The position numbers and the translations under genes are program-made. Shown in pieces: positions 60,665 through 64,000 of a DNA stretch of 64,000 nt. The stretch is taken from positions 1,344,001-1,408,000 of the forward strand of contig JASGHJ010000001.1 in NCBI GenBank assembly GCA_047602405.1. Reading direction: 5' to 3'. Below the pieces are notes generated by a model that worked only from the letters and a program-made list of their open reading frames with translations, was not told where the DNA came from and made no database searches. Every line of letters starts with the position of its first letter. The stretch's first letter is position 1. The DNA is from Anaeromyxobacteraceae bacterium (GTDB taxonomy: Bacteria > Myxococcota > Myxococcia > Myxococcales > Anaeromyxobacteraceae).

Positions 60665-62164
60665 ATGTCATCCCTCCGCCTCGAGCGGGTCTCGTTCTCC
60701 TTTCACGACGCCGCGCCGATCCTCGACGGCGCCGACGTCGAGCTCGGCCCGGGCTTCACGGGCCTCGTCGGCCCGAACGGCGCCGGCAAGACCACCCTCC
60801 TGCGCCTGCTCGCCGGGGAGCTCGTGCCGGACACGGGCCGCGTGAGCGTCCGCCCCGCGGGCGCGCGCGCGGTGATGTGCCCGCAGGAGGTCGCCGTGTC
60901 CGGCACCGCGGTCGCGGCGCTGGTCCAGGCCTGGGCCGAGGGCGACCGGACCGCGCGGCGGCTCGCGGGGGTGCTCCGGCTCGACCCGCCGTCGGAGCCC
61001 GCGCGCTGGGCGACGCTCTCGCCCGGTGAGCGGAAGCGCTGGCAGCTCGCCGCGGCGCTGCTCGAGGCGCCCGGCGTGCTGCTCCTCGACGAGCCCACGA
61101 ATCACCTCGACGCCGGCGGGAAGGCCCTGCTCCTCGAGGCGCTCCGCGGCTTCGACGGCGCGGGCGTGGTCGTCTCGCACGACCGCGCGTTCCTCGAGGC
61201 GCTCACCGTCCGCACGCTCCGGCTCGAGCCGGGCGCGCTCAGGCTCCTCGAGCTCCCCTACGGTGAGGCGCGGGCGGTCTGGGAGGGTGAGGCGCAGGCG
61301 GCCCGGGACCGGCGGAGCGCCGCGCAGGACGGGGCGCGGCGCGCCGCGCGGAAGCTCGCCGACGCGCGCCGGGAGCGCGACGCGGCGGAGCGCGCGAAGA
61401 GCGGCGCGCGGCGCGACCCGAAGGACAGGGACGGCCGCACGCTCGGCGCGAAGACCCGGCGCGACTGGGCGGAGGCGCGGCTCGCCCGCGACGTCGCGGT
61501 CCGGCGCGGGCAGTCGGAGCGGGCGGCGGAGGCGGTGCCGGACGCGCCCGACGGGATCGACCTGGGCCGCTCCGTGTTCGTCGGCTACGAGCGGGCGCCC
61601 CGCGCGCGCGTGCTCGGGCTCGACGGCGAGGACGTGGTGGCGGGCGGGCGGGTGCTCGCGCGGGACGTCCGCGCCTGGGTCGGCCGCGAGGACCGGGTGC
61701 GCCTCGCCGGCCCGAACGGCGCCGGGAAGACGACGCTGCTCCGGGCGCTCCTCGCGAGGGCGCCGGTGCCGGACACGCGCCTCCTGTACCTGCCCCAGGA
61801 GCTCCCGCCCGGCGCGGGGGTGACGCTGCTCGGCGAGGTGCGCGGGCTCGCGCCGGACGTGCGCGGCCGGGTGCTCTCGCTCGTCGCGGCGCTCGGCACC
61901 GAGCCCGCGCGGCTCCTCGCGTCCGCGTCGCCCTCGCCCGGCGAGGCGCGCAAGCTCGCCCTCGCGCTCGGCCTCGGGCGGCACGCGTGGGCGCTCGTGC
62001 TCGACGAGCCGACGAACCACCTGGACCTGCCGACCGTGGAGCGCCTCGAGGCGGCGCTCGCGGCGTACCCGGGGGCGCTCGTGGTCGTCACGCACGACGA
62101 GGCCTTCGCCGGGAAGGTCACGGCGGCGACCTGGACGCTCGAGGAGGGGAGGTTGAGCCGCTGA
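60665..62164 (+). CDS. ABC-F family ATPase (ribosome-associated)
   Basis: Two NBDs (GPNGAGKTT twice, SPGE, LDEPTNHLD twice), charged helical linker, no TM domain. Confidence 0.88.
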   Translation: MSSLRLERVSFSFHDAAPILDGADVELGPGFTGLVGPNGAGKTTLLRLLAGELVPDTGRVSVRPAGARAVMCPQEVAVSGTAVAALVQAWAEGDRTARRLAGVLRLDPPSEPARWATLSPGERKRWQLAAALLEAPGVLLLDEPTNHLDAGGKALLLEALRGFDGAGVVVSHDRAFLEALTVRTLRLEPGALRLLELPYGEARAVWEGEAQAARDRRSAAQDGARRAARKLADARRERDAAERAKSGARRDPKDRDGRTLGAKTRRDWAEARLARDVAVRRGQSERAAEAVPDAPDGIDLGRSVFVGYERAPRARVLGLDGEDVVAGGRVLARDVRAWVGREDRVRLAGPNGAGKTTLLRALLARAPVPDTRLLYLPQELPPGAGVTLLGEVRGLAPDVRGRVLSLVAALGTEPARLLASASPSPGEARKLALALGLGRHAWALVLDEPTNHLDLPTVERLEAALAAYPGALVVVTHDEAFAGKVTAATWTLEEGRLSR

Positions 62165-62193
62165 GGCGGGGCCGCGCGGCGCGGCGGGGCCGT

Positions 62194-62538
62194 TTAGACC
62201 TTCTTGCGGAGCGCGCGGACGATCTTCTCCTTCGTCCGGGACGGGCGGGGCGAGACGTGGCCGCGGGCCGGCGCGGGCCGGGCGACGACGCCCTCCTCCT
62301 GCCGCGCCTTCCACTTCAGGTAGACCTCGATCTCGGCGGCGAGGAGCTCGATGCCGAGGTCGCTGTCGACCTCGGCGGCGCGGGAGAGCGCCGCGTGGGC
62401 GGGAGGCGACGCCCCGAGCCGCATGCGGAGGACCTTGTCCTCGTCGGTCGAGAGGGTCCGCGCCGGGCCGCGCCGCAGGCGGGCCTGTGCGTGGCCCTCC
62501 GTCGCGAGCCCCACCGCCGACTTCCGCTTCGTCTCCAT
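62194..62538 (-). CDS. Small basic protein (114 aa) with a sigma70 region 4.1-like segment
   Basis: TLSTDEDKVLRMRLG; TACCAT -10 element 7 nt before ATG 62538; GC-rich third positions. Confidence 0.65.
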   Translation of the reverse strand: METKRKSAVGLATEGHAQARLRRGPARTLSTDEDKVLRMRLGASPPAHAALSRAAEVDSDLGIELLAAEIEVYLKWKARQEEGVVARPAPARGHVSPRPSRTKEKIVRALRKKV

Positions 62539-62596
62539 GGCCGCCATGGTAGGCCCGCGGCCTGACGTGTCCAGTTTCGGCGTGCCCCCGAACCCC

Positions 62597-62654
62597 GGGT
62601 GCCGGACACGAGGTATCTGCCGGAAGTTACTGGGTTCGTGGGTGTCCGGCACCC
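62597..62654. repeat. Inverted repeat GGGTGCCGGACAC...GTGTCCGGCACCC (family B motif)
   Basis: Arms at 62597-62609 and 62642-62654; same core at 40556, 40574, 57078, 60503 and 62756. Confidence 0.65.
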
Positions 62655-62780
62655 CTGGCTGCCCCCTGGCTGCACCCCGGCTCCGGCGCTGGCGCACCTC
62701 GGGGCGCCGTGGGGCCGATCCCTCGGTCCGGGACACTTTTTCCCCTTGTCCGGGTGCGTCCGGCACCGCATCTCCCGGGC

Positions 62781-63245
62781 ATGGACGACTGGAAGCAGAA
62801 CCTCCTCGAGGACGACGCGCGCATCGCGGAGCTCCTCCGGACGACGCGGCGGGTGGCGGTGCTGGGCGTGAAGACCGAGGTGGCGGCGGGCCAGCCCGCG
62901 CACGACGTCCCGCGGTTCCTGCAGGCGGCCGGCCTCGAGATCGTGCCGGTGCCGGTCTACTACCCGGAGGCGAAGGAGATCCTCGGCCAGCCGGTCTTCC
63001 GCAAGGTGGCCGACGTGCCGGGCGCGATCGACGTGGTCGAGGTGTTTCGCCGGCCGCAGGACGTGCCGGGCCACCTCGACGACCTCCTCGCGAAGCGCCC
63101 GCGCGCGGTCTGGATGCAGCTCGGGATCCGCAACGACGCCGCCGCCGAGCGGCTCGCGCGCGCGGGGATCCTGGTCGTGCAGGACCGCTGCATGAAGGTG
63201 GAGTGGGCGCGGCTCGGGCCGCGCCGGGACGGCCGTCCGGCCTGA
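62781..63245 (+). CDS. CoA-binding domain protein (YccU-like)
   Basis: VAVLG, IVPV, IDVVEVFR, VWMQLGI, VVQDRC. Confidence 0.88.
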   Translation: MDDWKQNLLEDDARIAELLRTTRRVAVLGVKTEVAAGQPAHDVPRFLQAAGLEIVPVPVYYPEAKEILGQPVFRKVADVPGAIDVVEVFRRPQDVPGHLDDLLAKRPRAVWMQLGIRNDAAAERLARAGILVVQDRCMKVEWARLGPRRDGRPA

Positions 63246-63281
63246 GCGGAGGGCGGCGGGGCGCGCCGGGAGACGGTACCG

Positions 63282-64000
63282 CTACCTCGCGGGCTCGTCG
63301 TCCTCCGGCCCCTTCTCGTCGGCCTCGGCCGCCTGGGCGCGGGTCTTGAGGCCGGCCGCCTCGAGGGCGGCGGCGACGCCGGGCGGCTTGCGCGCGTCGG
63401 GGAGCGGATCCTTCGGCGGCTTCACGCCGGCGACCGCGCCGCCGACCGCGCGCACCGCGCAGGCGAGCTCCACCTCGACGCGCGTCTGCGGCTGATCGCG
63501 CACGCCGAAGCTGGCCGACAGCTTCACGGCGAGCGGCGCGCCCGTCTCGGCGTCGACCAGGAGCTCGCCCGTGAGCGTGCGGGGCTCGTGGCCGTCGAGG
63601 AACGCGAGGCGCCGGGCGGTGTCGTCGTCCGCCGCGCCCGCCGAGGCGGGCCGCGCGGGCGCGGGCGGGGCCCACCGCGTCGTGTCGAGCGAGAGCGCGT
63701 GGCGCTTCGCGCGGCGGCCGAGGGCGGCGCCGTCGCCCGCCGCCGTGACGGTGAGGGCGGGGCCGGCGAGCCGCAGCACGTCGGCGGCGAGGCCGAGGCT
63801 CTCGTCGCGGAAGCGCTTCGCGTCGCGGCCGCGGTCGGTGGGCCGCTCGCGCCAGGGCGCGAACTCGCCGCGCGCGTAGGTCGCGCCGCCGGCCCAGATC
63901 ACGTGGCGGCCGGTGAGGCCGCCGGGGCCCCGGCCGCCGTCCACGACCGCGTCGACCTCGAACTCGCCCGTCGGGAGCTGCCGCAGCCGGTGGCGCTCGG
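63282..64000 (-). CDS. Hypothetical protein, N-terminus outside the window
   Basis: Frame of ORF 63282-63944 stays open to the window edge. Confidence 0.65.
   Translation of the reverse strand, partial: ERHRLRQLPTGEFEVDAVVDGGRGPGGLTGRHVIWAGGATYARGEFAPWRERPTDRGRDAKRFRDESLGLAADVLRLAGPALTVTAAGDGAALGRRAKRHALSLDTTRWAPPAPARPASAGAADDDTARRLAFLDGHEPRTLTGELLVDAETGAPLAVKLSASFGVRDQPQTRVEVELACAVRAVGGAVAGVKPPKDPLPDARKPPGVAAALEAAGLKTRAQAAEADEKGPEDDEPAR

Noticed and set aside
1588..62164. A translation quality-control island (rqcH, prfC, dtd, rluA-like, ABC-F)
   Set aside because: Genes are scattered over 60 kb among unrelated housekeeping genes with no operon linkage

Overview
Very GC-rich chromosomal window, most consistent with an Anaeromyxobacter-like myxobacterium (inferred from gene content and GC richness). 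It carries about 55 protein-coding genes. These include a ROK kinase, rqcH/NFACT, tamAB, a 1754-aa Ig/beta-rich lipoprotein, a DUF222-like HNH nuclease, GT87/DedA/DCC envelope genes, argC-argB with a divergent M20 hydrolase, a beta-propeller sensor kinase with two receiver proteins, a YejM-like sulfatase-fold protein, four LuxR-HTH regulators, prfC, astA, dtd, a complete shikimate/chorismate operon (aroH-aroF-tyrA-aroA-aroE-aroC-aroK-aroB-aroQ), rluA-like and an ABC-F ATPase. I recognised no rRNA, tRNA, CRISPR array, integrase or transposase. Main observations beyond the ORF track: (1) an unannotated 21-aa, 57% Lys micro-gene with its own promoter, SD and terminator directly upstream of rqcH; (2) seven single-base frameshifts, four of them GATC->GAATC/GATTC, probably methylation-linked long-read errors rather than pseudogenes; (3) an SOS-box-like operator in front of the HNH gene; (4) a uORF/anti-SD attenuator-like leader on the ABC-F gene; (5) repeated GxDGxxxTxDD loops in the giant lipoprotein; (6) two families of intergenic repeats; (7) many apparently leaderless genes. 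All functional calls come from motif recognition by eye, with no database searches.
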